DNA from: Octopus sinensis
Lineage: Eukaryota
Assembly: GCF_006345805.1 (NCBI RefSeq)
Contig: NW_021835985.1
Location: 11,111-75,110, forward strand
DNA: 64,000 bases
Reading direction: 5' to 3'
In this document: in pieces, positions 38,021 through 49,859 of the stretch
Layout: each line of letters opens with the position of its first letter
How positions within the stretch are numbered: position 1 is the stretch's first letter
Translations under genes and position numbers: made by a program
Notes under the pieces: generated by a model
What the model saw: only the letters and a program-made list of their open reading frames with translations
Databases searched by the model: none
Told to the model about the DNA's origin: nothing

Positions 38021-38135
38021 AACATTAAACATAGGTTTTTCTTTGGAGTAGCTGTATTTGCTTTTCTCCTTCATCATTAAAAATGTGATGGATTCTGTTG
38101 TCAGTCTCTTCATCTCCATCATAGCAGTCAGCAAC
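38021..38135 (-). CDS. MAN2A1: Golgi alpha-mannosidase II, 115-bp exon ((R)LLTAMMEMKRLTTESITFLMMKEK...PMFNV)
   Basis: TTTTCAG acceptor and GTGAG donor; phase 2 to 0, consistent with its neighbours. Confidence 0.85.
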
Positions 38136-38586
38136 CTGAAAAATAAAAAAGACAGATTCTCTTATTCCTTTATCCTTGTAATGGATCCAGGCTTTGAATT
38201 ACAGTTATGATGGAGCACTTCCTTCAGGTAGTGTGTGTGCACCTATGTATATGTGTACACACATATACACACAAAATCTTCCCAGTAGGGGAGACTATGT
38301 AGTCACCTCTTCAGCAAGACACCTGTCCTGTCTCTCATACTTTCATAGTAATATAACCCACAGAGTTGAGAGGCCTTGTCTTGCAAATACTTTCTAGCCT
38401 AACTAGTGCAGGTGACACAGAAAAAGCAGCCAGTATACTATGTGAAGTGTAACATGCAACTGTAGAAACCTTGCCAAAACAAACATTAGACTTCAGTGCA
38501 GCCTTTTGGATCATCAGTTCCAGTCAAACCCATGACAGCATGGAAAAAGATATGTGAAACAATAACAATGACAACTAGACTAGATA

Positions 38587-38992
38587 TCTTTATATATAAA
38601 AGTCAAGTTGTGTGTCTGTCTCCTACGATTTAGTTTCCTAACTACTCCCACATTTTGCGGTGCAGTTTAACCAAAAGCGGGTATCTTATAGTCGTGATTC
38701 ATATCGAGCCCTTCTGGGTATTAGTACGCGTCTACGATGAGTCTACGATTTAAAAAAAAATTTACCATAATTTTTCCGTATTTTTAATGCATTTTCGCTC
38801 AGTTTATATAAGGGAAGTAACTCTCTAAAAATGTATTATTAAATCTCAGAATGTAAAAAGCTACAGTAACACCCCCCCCCCCTTTGTGGTTAGCCATATT
38901 GTGATGGCTATTATACTTTACATTTATACTCTAAATATGCTCATATAGTTATTCCCCTTACAAACCCGAGCAACGCCAGGCGATACTGCTAG
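38587..38992 (+). mobile_element. Non-autonomous Helitron
   Basis: A|TC start, CTAG|T end and CCCGAGCAACGCCAGG hairpin; shares ends with 55131-55641 and 62036-62554. Confidence 0.85.
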
Positions 38993-39104
38993 TTATATAT
39001 TTATATAAATATATATATATATATATCATCATCATATATATATATATATATATTGTTGACGATATATATATATATATCTATATATATATATATTCTAGCA
39101 AAAA

Positions 39105-39142
39105 CTGTCTGATGAACGGCAACGAGAAACTCAGAGTAACAG
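39105..39142 (+). ncRNA. Minimal type I hammerhead motif, copy 1 of a 176-bp tandem unit
   Basis: CTGT-CTGATGA-A CG gcaa CG A-GAAA-C TCAGA GT-A-ACAG. Confidence 0.65.
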
Positions 39143-39182
39143 ATTTTGTTGAATTTTTTGCTGCTTAAAATAAAGTATATAT

Positions 39183-39213
<31 letters not shown>

Positions 39214-39280
39214 CATCATCATATATATATATATATATATTGTTGACGATATATATATATATATATATATCTAGCAAAAA

Positions 39281-39318
39281 CTGTCTGATGAACGGCAACG
39301 AGAAACTCAGAGTAACAG
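39281..39318 (+). ncRNA. Minimal type I hammerhead motif, copy 2
   Basis: Identical to 39105-39142, 176 bp downstream. Confidence 0.65.
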
Positions 39319-39351
39319 ATTTTGTTGAATTTTTTGCTGCTTAAAATAAAG

Positions 39352-39382
<31 letters not shown>

Positions 39383-39398
39383 ATATATATATATATAT

Positions 39399-42300
39399 GT
39401 CGTTGATGAACGACAGAGACCTTCTCTTTGTGGCTGGTGATTTCAATGGACATGTTGGACAACGTGCAGGGGGCTTCCGCAATGAGGAGGGAACCGGACT
39501 GCTGGAGTTCTGCGATGCAAATGACCTTATGGTTTGCAATACCAACTTCAGGAACCTGCCTGTCACCTAGTCACCTATCGTTCTAGCAGACACACCAGCC
39601 AAATTGACTATATCCTTGCCAGAAAAAGGGAAAGAGGGCTGCTTATAAATGCCAAAACCTTCCCAGGCGAAGAATGTACCACTCAACATAGATTAGTAGT
39701 TAGTGACTTCAGGAACGGGGCTGAATGGATGCCCAGAAGAAGACCAGCCTGGAGGAGAAGGGTCTGGAGACTTAAAGATCCTGCAAATGAGCAGAGATTT
39801 AGAAACGTATTACTCGAAGCCCTCGATGAAATAGAAGGGGATATAGCATCACATAATGTGGAAGACAATTGGAGGTTTCTACGGGACAACCTGCTGAGAG
39901 CCACTGACCAGATCTGTGGCTGGTGCAAAGTCCCCTCTCGACCCAAGGTAACGTGGTGGTGGAACAATGTGGTTGACAGGGCTATTAGACAATAGAAACA
40001 GGCTTGGAAGGACTGGAAGAACGGAGGTAGCAGGGAATTGTATCAGACAGCCAAAAGGGAAGCTAGGAGACAGGTTTATTTAGCCAGATAAGGAAAAATT
40101 TGCCAATGTCCTGCACCGTGAGGATGAAAGACTTGAGGTATTTCGTGTTGCAAGACAGTGTGTGAGAGAGAATCGTGATGTGGTAGGAGAGAAATGTGTT
40201 CGCATGGATGATGGTTCACTTGCGCTAAATGAGGATGCAAAGAGAGAGGTTTGGAGACACCACAATGAAAGGTTGCTGAATAAAGAAAATGAATGGGATA
40301 AAGAGAGGGACCAGCTATCCAAGTTGACAGTTCCATAGTAGTTAAGGCAATTAGAAGCATGTAGACAAGGAAAGCCCCAGGCCCACCAGGAATTACTGCA
40401 GAGATGCTTAAAATATCTAGTAGTGTCGGCTATAGCCTAGTCACCAGTATAGTTAACCAGGTGATACACGAAGGAGTCAGACCCAATGACTGGTGTAGCA
40501 GCATAATAGTCAACTGCTACAAAGGTAAAGGTGACACTTTAGATACAAATAATTACAGAGGTATCAAGCTGTTGGATCAGGTAATGAAGGTTACGGAGAG
40601 GGTCATAGCCCAACTGATTAGAGAGAGAGTCAGTTTAGATGAGATGCAGTTTGGTTTCGTGCCAGGGAAAAGTACCACTGATGCTATATTCCTGGTAAGA
40701 CAGCTGCAGGAGAAATACCTAACCAAAGATAAGCTCCTGTACCTGGCTTTCGTTGACATGGAGAAAGCCTTTGACAGAGTCCCCCAATCCCTTATCTGGT
40801 GGTCAATGAGGAAACTAGGGATAGATGAATGATTAGTGAGAGCTGTGAAAGCCATGTACAGGGATGTGGTTAGTAAGGTGAGGATTGGCAACGAGTATAC
40901 TAAAGAATTCCGGGTAGAGGTAAGAGTCCACCAAGGTTCAATCCTCAGCCCCCTCCTATTTATCATAGTCCTCCAGGCAATAACAGAGGAATGCAAGACA
41001 GGATGCCCCTGGGAGCTCCTCTATGCTGACGACCTTGCTCTAATTGCTGAGTCGCTATCAGCACTGGAAGAGAAGTTTCAGGTGTGGAAGCAAGGATTAG
41101 AATCGAAGGGCCTTAGAGTCAACCTAGCTAAAACAAAAGTCCTAATAAGTAGGAAGGTAGACAAACCACAAACGCCTTCAGGTAGATGGCCCTGCTCGAT
41201 CTGTAGAAAAGGCATAAGTAGAAACTCTATAAGATGCACCAAGTGTAAGCTATGGACACATAAGAGGTGCAGCAATGTCAAAGGAAGGCTAACTAGGAAG
41301 ATAGTTTTTGTATGTGGCAGATGCTCAGGAACAATAAACACTGAAAATGCACAGAGACCAACTTCCGCCACATTCCAGGGAGAAAAACTATAAATTGTTG
41401 ATAGCTTCCGTTACCTAGGTGACCAAGTCAGTAGCGGGGGCGGGTGTGTTAAAAGTGTAACTGCTAGAGTAAGAATAGCCCGGGCAAAGTTCAGAGAGCT
41501 CTTACCTCTGCTGGTGACAAAAGGCCTCTCGCTCAGAGTAAAAGATAGACTGTATGACGCATGTGTATGAACAGCCATGCTACATGGCAGTGAAACATGG
41601 GCCGTGACTGCTGAGGATATGCGTAAGCTCATGAGGAATGAAGCAAGTATGCTCCGATGGAGGTGTAATATCAGTGTTCATACTCGACAGAGTGTAAGTA
41701 CCTTGAGAGAAAAGTTGGACCTAAGAAGCATCAGTTGTGGTGTGCAAGAGAGACGTTTGCGCTGGTATGGTCATGTGGCGAGAATGGATGAAGATAGGTG
41801 TGTGAGAAAGTGCCAATCCCTAGTAGTTGAGGGAACTTGTGGAAGAGGTAGACCCAGGAAAACCTGGGACGAGGTGGTGAAGCACGACCTTCAAACATTA
41901 GGCCTCAGTGAGGCAATGACTAGTGACCAAGACATTTGGAAATATGCTGTGCGTGAGAAGATCCAGCAGGACAAGTGAGTCCATCCTGTGTCCCTTGCCA
42001 GCTCATTTGTGCATGCCTTTCCTTCCTTGGACATGCGAAGACCTGTTGAGGCAAGTGAAGTCGAAATTGAATTCGAAATCGAACCTCATCCGACGACTGG
42101 CACCCATGCCAACCTCCCTTCATTGGACACTAAACTCTGCTTGTGAAGATCTGTTGGGGCAAGTGAAATCGGAATCGAAATCGAAATCGAAATTGAACCA
42201 ATCCTATGATTGGTACCCAGCACTTGCCAGTACCGCTGGACTGACTCCTGTGCAGGTGGCAAGTAAAGAAACACCGTTTTGACCCTGTGCTTGAAGAGAC

Positions 42301-42674
42301 CTATTGAGTCAAGTACACCAGCATCAAAAATCAATGGAAATTGTAGTTGTGATCCCTGTGCCGGTGGCACGTAAAAAGCACCATTCAAACGTGGCCGATG
42401 CCAGTGCCGCCTTGACTGGCTTTTGTGCCGGTGGCACATAAAAAGCACCAATCCGATTGTGGCCATTGCCAGCCTCGCCTGGCAGCTGTGCCGGTAGCAC
42501 GTAAAAAGCACCCACTACACTCACGGAATGGTTGGTGTTAGGAAGGACATCCAGCTGCAGAAACACTGCCAGATCAGACTGGAACCTGGTGCAGCCTTCG
42601 GGCTTCCCAGATCCCGTTCAAACCGTCCAACCCATGCTAGCATGGAGAACGGACATTAAACGATGACGATGATG

Positions 42675-42675
<1 letters not shown>
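39399..42675 (+). mobile_element. RTE LINE, longest copy (APE endonuclease C-half, RT, zinc finger, 3' UTR); ORF broken by stops and frameshifts
   Basis: FVAGDFNGHVG, CNTNF, SQIDYIL, QHRLVVSDF (endonuclease), RT motifs and a (GAT)n tail. Confidence 0.96.
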
Positions 42676-42707
<32 letters not shown>

Positions 42708-42967
42708 ATAATAGAGTTATGGACACTCACATACAGAACATGAAGTTTCTGTGTCAACAATACAACAATCACTGCACTTCTTCAGCAGTCACAAGTCCAG
42801 TGTCCATAGCACCATCAATTATAAACATTCAGTTATCAATATATGTATATTTTTCCTGCCTTTAACCTCCCAATGCAGAGTGTAGGACGCTTAGAGTTGA
42901 ATTCCATGTCACATAATTTTTCGCTTCTGTACTAATACTCTGCCATGAATTTCCCACTTTATATATA

Positions 42968-45069
42968 TCATCATCATCATCATCGTTTAATGTCTGCTTT
43001 CCATGCTGTCATGGGTTGGACAGTTTGACTGGGAACTGGTGAGCCAGATGGCTGCTCCAGGCTCCAATCTGATCTGGCAGAGTTTCTACAGCTGGATGCC
43101 CTTCCTAAGGCCAACCACTCCGTGAGTGTAGTGGATGCTTTTACATGCCACCGGCACAAGGGCCAGTCAGGCGGTACTGGCAATGGCCATGTTCAAATCA
43201 TGTTTTTTACGTGTCACCTGCGCAGGAGCCAGTCGAAAGGCACAGGCAACGTCCTCGCTCAAATGTTGTTTTCACGTACCACCAGCACAAATGCCAGTAA
43301 GGCAACGCTGGTAATGATCACACTTGGATGATGCTGTCATTGAATTTGATTTTGATTTCACTTGTCTCAACAGGTCTTCGCAAGCAGAGTTTAGTGTCCA
43401 ATGAAAGAAAGGTACGCCTAAGTGGGCTGGTTACACTACTGGCATAGGCTACGGGTTATGGACTCACTTGTCCTGCCGGGTGTTCTCAAGCACAGCATAT
43501 TTCCAAAGGCCTCGGTCACTAGTCATTGCCTCACTGAGGCCTAATGTTCGAAGGTCGTGCTTCAATACCTCATCCCAGGTTTTCCTGGGTCTACCTCTTC
43601 CACAGGTTCCCTCGTGACACTTTTTCACACAGCTGTCCTCATCCTTTCACACCACATGACCATACCAACATAGTCGTCTCTCTTGCACACTACATCTAAT
43701 GCTTCTTAGGTTCAACTTTTCTCTCAAGGTACTTACACTCTGTCGAGTATGAACACTGACGTTACACATCCATCAGAGCATACTGGCTTCATTCCTTGCG
43801 AGCTTACGCATATCCTCAGCAGTCACAGCCATGTTTCACTGCCATGTATCATGGCTGTTTGTACACATGCGTCATACAGTCTATCTTTTACTCTGAGCAA
43901 GAGGCCTTTTGTCACCAGCAGAGGTAGGAGCTCTCTGAACTTAGCCCAGGTTATTCTTATTCTAACAGCTACTCCAGTTACTGACTTGGTCACCTAGGTA
44001 ACGGAAGCTATCAACTACTTCTAGTTTTTCTCTCTGGAATCTGGCAGATGTTCCCTGCACATTTTCAGTGTTTATTGCTCCTGAGCATCTGCCATATACA
44101 AAATTATCTTCCTAGCTAGCCTTCCTTTGATATTGCTGCACCTCTTATGTATCCATAGCTTACACTGGGTACATCTTATAGAATTTCTACCTACACATTT
44201 CCTACAGATCGAGCAGGGCTATCTACCTGAAGGGATTTGTGGTTTGTCTGCCTTCCTACTTATTAGGACTTTTGTTTTAGCTAGGTTGACTCTAAGGCCC
44301 TTCGATCGCTAATCCTTGCTTCCACACCTGAAACTTCTCTAGTTCTGATAATGACACAGCAATTAGAGCAAGGTCGTCAGCATAGAGTAGCTCCCATGGG
44401 CAGCCTGTCTTGAATTCCTCTGTTATTGCCTGGAGGTCTATGATAAATAGGAGGGGGCTGAGTACTGAACCTTGGTGGACCCCTACCTCTACCTGGAATT
44501 CTTCACTGTATTCAATGCCAATCCTCACCTTACTGACAGCATCCCTATACATGGCTCGCATAGCTCTCACTAACGATTCATCTTATCCCTAGTTTCCTCA
44601 TTGACCACCAGCTAAGGGATCGGGAGACCCTATCAAAGGTTTTCTCCATGTCAACGAAAGCCAGGTACAGGAGCTTATCTTTGGTTAGGTATTTCTCCAG
44701 CAGCTGTCTTACCAGGAATATAGCATCAGTGGTACTTTTCCCTGGCACGAAACCAAACTGCATCTCATCTATACTGACTCTCTTCCTAATTAGTTGGGCT
44801 ATGACCCTCTCCGTAACTTTCATTACCTGATCTAACAACTTGATACCTCTGTAATTATTTGTATCTAAAGCGTCACCTTTTCCTTTGTAGCAGTTGACTA
44901 TTATGCTGCTACACCAGTCATTGGGTCTGACGCCTTCGTGTATCACCTGGTTAACAATAGGGTGACCAGGCTATAGCCGACATGACCAGATATTTTGAGC
45001 ATCTCTGCAGTGGTTCCTGATGGGCCTGGGGCTTTCGCTGTCTTCATACTCTTAATTGCTTTATCTACC
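42968..45069 (-). mobile_element. RTE LINE, 5'-truncated, with an internal deletion
   Basis: ORFs 44578..44946 and 44292..44570 encode RT; (CAT)n tail at 42968. Confidence 0.95.
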
Positions 45070-45071
45070 AA

Positions 45072-45093
<22 letters not shown>

Positions 45094-45102
<9 letters not shown>

Positions 45103-45485
45103 TATTTGAGACAAAACCACTATTTTGCAAAACAAACAAGGAAAGACTTAATCAATACATAAAATTTAATAAATAGTCAAAAAAACCGCCACTACAATCG
45201 TTTCTTGTCTTGATCGACAATCTTCAGGTGGACTTCCAATAATTCAGTTACAACTGAATTATTGGAAGTCCACCTGAAGATTGTCGATCAAGACAAGAAC
45301 GATTGTAGTGGCGGTTTTTTTGACTATTTATTAATTTTATGTATTGATTAAGTCTTTCCTTGTTTGTTTTGCAAAATAGTGGTTTTGTCTCAAATAATAT
45401 TTTATAATATTTTACTATAAAATTGGATTTAATCCTAAATCTGATTTTTTTTCCCTGTAAATTTGGATATATTCCCTAATATTAT

Positions 45486-45490
<5 letters not shown>
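45094..45490 (+). mobile_element. Palindromic HHR-bearing element (putative Penelope-like terminal repeat with a 5' inversion)
   Basis: Near-perfect ~155-bp inverted arms (45094-45249 / 45252-45406) plus an ~85-bp unpaired tail, flanked by (TA)n. Confidence 0.8.
45189..45231 (-). ncRNA. Minimal type I hammerhead ribozyme, intact core (mirror copy at + 45270-45311 lacks one A)
   Basis: CCAC-CTGAAGA-TTGTC gatcaa GACAA-GAAA-C GATT GT-A-GTGG. Confidence 0.8.
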
Positions 45491-45526
<36 letters not shown>

Positions 45527-46320
45527 AACAAACATGGCTATATGTTTAAGAGGCTTGCTTCCAAACATGTGGTCTTGTCTAGTGTTCAGTCTCACTGAGT
45601 AGCACCTTGAGCAAGTGTCCCCTGCTATAGCCAAACCCTTGTGAGTGGATTTGCTGTATGGAAACTGATAGAAGCCTGCTGTATATATGTGTGATATTTT
45701 TCATGCCTGGCCATGAGTAAACATTATCCTGCTTGGAGTGGTTGGATGTTAGGAAGGGCATAGAAGCCAAGTCAAAACCAAACTGGAGCCTGGTACAGCT
45801 CTCCAGCTTACCAGTTCCAGTCAAACCATCCAACCCATGCCAGCATGGAAAGTGGACATTAAATGACAATGATATGATGATAATATATATATATATATAT
45901 ATATTTATCCCATCATTAGCATCTTCATTGTCATTTAATGTCCACTTTTCCATGCTTGCATTGGTTAGACAGAATTTGTTGGGGCAGATTTTCTATGGCT
46001 CGATACCTTTCCTGTTATCAACACTCACTTGTTTTCTAGCATGATGTTTACCCATGGCCAGGCATATGTTTTATAGACGTTGGTTCACAACCATCACATG
46101 ATGTCACATACACAAATACATACATATATACAGCAGGCTACTTTCAGTTTCCATATATCAAATCCATTCACAAGGGTTTAGCTATAATAAGAGATACTTG
46201 CTCAAGGTGCTGCACAGTGGGACTGAACCCTAGATAAGACCACATGTTTAGGAAGCAAGATTCTTAACCATGTAGCCATGTTTGCGCACACGCGTGTGTG
46301 TGTGTGTGTGTATATATATA

Positions 46321-46598
46321 TATCTGTAAAATAATATGTGACAATTATTCGGTAGCCAAGATAAAACTCTGAGTTTCGGATGCCGAGGTGGAAATCCACA
46401 CCACCATCTCTTCGGTTATCTGGCCATCTCCAGATAACCGAAGAGATGGTGGTGTGGATTTCCACCTCTGCATCCGAAACTCAGAGTTTTATCTTGGCTA
46501 TTGAATAATTGTCACATATTATTTTACAGATAAATTTCCTCTATTTACATAATATTGAGGTCTCTTTCTTTCTTTTGTTATCTTACCGTTTTTACCAA
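46321..46598 (+). mobile_element. Palindromic HHR-bearing element, second family
   Basis: Inverted arms 46321-46423 / 46430-46532 plus an ~65-bp tail, flanked by (TA)n. Confidence 0.8.
46434..46492 (+). ncRNA. Type I hammerhead variant with C at position 4 (mirror copy at - 46361-46419)
   Basis: ATAA-CCGAAGA-GATG...CATC C-GAAA-C TCAGA GT-T-TTAT. Confidence 0.6.
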
Positions 46599-46619
46599 TA
46601 TATATATATATATACACAC

Positions 46620-47977
46620 ACATAAGCGGCACCCAGATATCCTCCATGGGGTGCATGAGGGACATGGAATTGGTTCCCAAAATGAGAAGTATATAAAGCT
46701 GCTGAAATTCTGTCACACAAATGACCTAATGATCTGCAACATCAGAAAGCCAGCAAGTCACTTGATAACCTATAAAGCCAGATTGACTACATTCTCACCA
46801 GAAAGCAGACAAATCACAAATCCCCTAAGGTAGATAGCCCTGCTCAATCTGTAGAAAAGGCATAGGTAGAAACTCAATAAGATGTACCCAGTGTGAGCTA
46901 TAGATACATAAGAGGTGCAGCAATATCAGAGGAAGTTAACTTGGAAAATAGTTTTTGTGTGTGTAAGGTGTACGGGTACAATAAACACCACAAATGCACA
47001 GAAAATAGATGCCATCAAATGCCAGGCAGGTAAGTGGAGGTGGATGCTCCAAGAGAATAGCTATAAGAATAACAATAGGATGGGCAAAGTTCGGAGTGTT
47101 CCTATCTCTGTTGGTACCAAAGGGCCTCGCCCTCAGAGTGAAAGGCAGACTGTATGATGCCTGTGTTTGAACAGTTGTGCTACATGGCAGTAAAACACAG
47201 GCTATGACTACCAAGGACATGTGTAATCTTGAAAGAAATGAAGCAGGGTATGCTTTGCTGGATGTGCAAAGTCAGTGTGCATGTATGACAGAGTGTAAGC
47301 ATCTTGAGAGAAAAGCTGGGCATAAGAGGCATCAGATGTGATGTGCAAGGGAGACAACTGCATTTATATAGTCATATGATGCATCTGGATGAGGACAACT
47401 GTGTAAAGAAGTGCCAATCTCTAACTGTGAAGGGAACCTGTGGAAGAGGTAGACCAGGAAGACATGGAATGAGGTGGTGAAGCATGGTCTTCAAATGTTG
47501 GGCTTCATGGAGATGATGACAAGTGACTGAGAGCTCTGGCAATATGCTGTGTGTAAGAGGACTCGTCAGGTCAAGTAAAATCATAGTTGTGGCTATGCTA
47601 GTGCCATGTAAATAACACCCAATGCATTGAGGTCATGGTCATTCATGGCATCTGTATATCATAGTCATAGTCATTGATGGTGTCCTGAAAATTGGTATCC
47701 AGGAATCGTTGTCATTGACAGTGCCATGTAAATGGCACCTGTGAGTTTTTGTTACTGGTGCCATGCAAACGGCACCCATGAATTGTAGTCATGGTTGCAT
47801 GTAAAAGTATCCATTACACTCCTGTAAAAGTATCCATTACAGTTAGAGATTGGCATCCAACAGTAGAAACCATGCCAAATCAGACTGGAACTTGGTGCAG
47901 CTCTCCAGCTCATCAGTTCCAGTCAAACGGTCTAAACGATGCCAGCATGGAGAGTGGATGTTGAATGATGATGATAA
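46620..47977 (+). mobile_element. Degenerate, internally deleted RTE LINE
   Basis: Remnants of endonuclease, zinc finger and C-terminal region, plus the 3' UTR and GAT tail. Confidence 0.8.
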
Positions 47978-47984
47978 TGAACAT

Positions 47985-48470
47985 TTTTGACATATTTTGC
48001 TTTCTTATTATTTTGGTAAAGGCAAGAAAGTTGCTGAGGTTCACAAAGAGATATGTGAAGTTTATGGTGTTGATTGCTTAACAGAATGCAGATGTCAGAA
48101 ATGGTTTTAAAAATTCCATTCTGGAGATTTTTCACTCAAAGGTAACCAATGTTTTGGTCAACCTACAGAAGTTGATGATGACTGTATCAAAGCTATAATT
48201 TAATTTAATTGCCATATAACTGTGTGAGAGATTGCAGAGAGGTTAAATGTATCATACATAACAATTGAAAATCATTTAAAATGTCTCGGACTTGTTAAGA
48301 AGCTTGACATTTGGGTTCCACAGAAATTGAATGAGATTCACTCAACACAATGAATCAACATTTGCGATATGTATTTAAAACACAATGAAATCGACCTGTT
48401 TTTGAAACAAATCATCACAGGTGATGAAAAATGGATTGTCTACAATAAGATCAATCGAAAACAATCATGG
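47985..48470 (+). mobile_element. mariner-type transposase fragment (HTH to first catalytic Asp)
   Basis: GKKVAEVHKEICEVYG..., KKLDIWVP, FLKQIITGDEKWIVY. Confidence 0.85.
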
Positions 48471-48474
48471 CAAG

Positions 48475-49375
48475 CTGTGATGGTGGCTTTGGAGGCTAAA
48501 CATGGTGATTTAGAAATTTCTTGTTTTCTGAAAGTTGCAAGATCTTTTGTCTACAAGATTTGGTAGGAGTTAGAGGAAGCGTATTACCTGTATCAAAACA
48601 TAAAAAAACATTCCACACATTCTGATTCTATCAGGACACCTGAATTTATTCAAGAAGTTAAGCAAAACATTGAAAACAATCCAGGAAAATCAATGAGGTC
48701 AATTGCAAAAAAAATTTTCTGTGTCAGAAAAATAATCAGAAATGTTGTGCGTGAAGGTATCTGATACAAATCTTACATGATGAGGAGAGGTCAATTAATG
48801 TCAGAAAAATCAAAAGAAAACTGCTTAATCAGAATCAAAAGATTTTTGAACAAGCTTAAATATCCATCAGAAGATGGTATGATTTGGTTTTTCTCAGATG
48901 AGAAAACTTTGACCAGGACCAGAAAACTAACAGATAACAGGTGGCTATGTACAGACACTTCTGAGGTTCCAAGAGTAATGCATACAAAACTTCCTGCAAG
49001 TGTCATGTTTTTGGATGCTGTTAACAATGAAGGACATGTGATGCCTCCTCACTTTTTTCTACAAGGCCTTAGGATGAATACTGCTGTATATATTGAGGTT
49101 CTGGATAAAGTTGTTAAGCTTTGGATCAACAGTGTTTACAATGGAAGGCCTTATATCTCTAAAGATCTCAATCCACTGGATTACTTTGTATGGAGCATTG
49201 TCGAGAAAAATGTCAATGAACACCCCCATAGCACTAAAGATTCTTTGAAAGCCACCATAGTTCGAGTCGTTCAATATGAACAAGGACAATTTAATCTGAG
49301 ATTGTAAATGATTTCGACCCCATGTAGAGGCAGTTATTGATGCTTATGGTGGTTTTATTGAATGAAATTATTAAA
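48475..49375 (+). mobile_element. Second Tc1/mariner-superfamily (maT/DD37D-like) transposase relic
   Basis: WFFSDEK, VMHTKLPASVM, MPPHFF, SKDLNPLDYFVWS; frameshifted and internally deleted. Confidence 0.8.
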
Positions 49376-49504
49376 ATAATAATTTAGATTTATGTTTATG
49401 TTATTTTTCTAAAAATACAGTTTCTTTCTGTTATTATATAAGTGTTTTTTAAAAAGCATAAATCTGTCCTCAAATACCATCTGCACTGTGTGTGTGTGTG
49501 TGTA

Positions 49505-49560
<56 letters not shown>

Positions 49561-49859
49561 ATGCACAGGCATGGTTGCGTAAAAGAGGCTTACTTTCTGA
49601 CCACTGGTTGCAGGTTCAGTCCTGCTATGTGACAGCCTTAGATTGATCAAAATCTTGTGAGGAGATTTGATGCACAGAAGCTGAAAGTAGCCCATCGTAT
49701 GTGTACATATATGTGTGTATGTGTGTGTGCACACGTGCGTGGGTCTTTTGTTTTGTGTTGTGTGATAACTGTAAATGATTGTCACTATCACAGAAGCAGT
49801 GTCATTCATTTCCAATATTCTGCAAGAACATGATAAACAAGTTCTTGCAGAATATTGGT

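Noticed and set aside
49812-49858. 18-bp inverted repeat as a terminator or MITE
   Set aside because: It sits at a SINE/RTE junction and most likely is a local template-switch duplication; no HHR core or TSD
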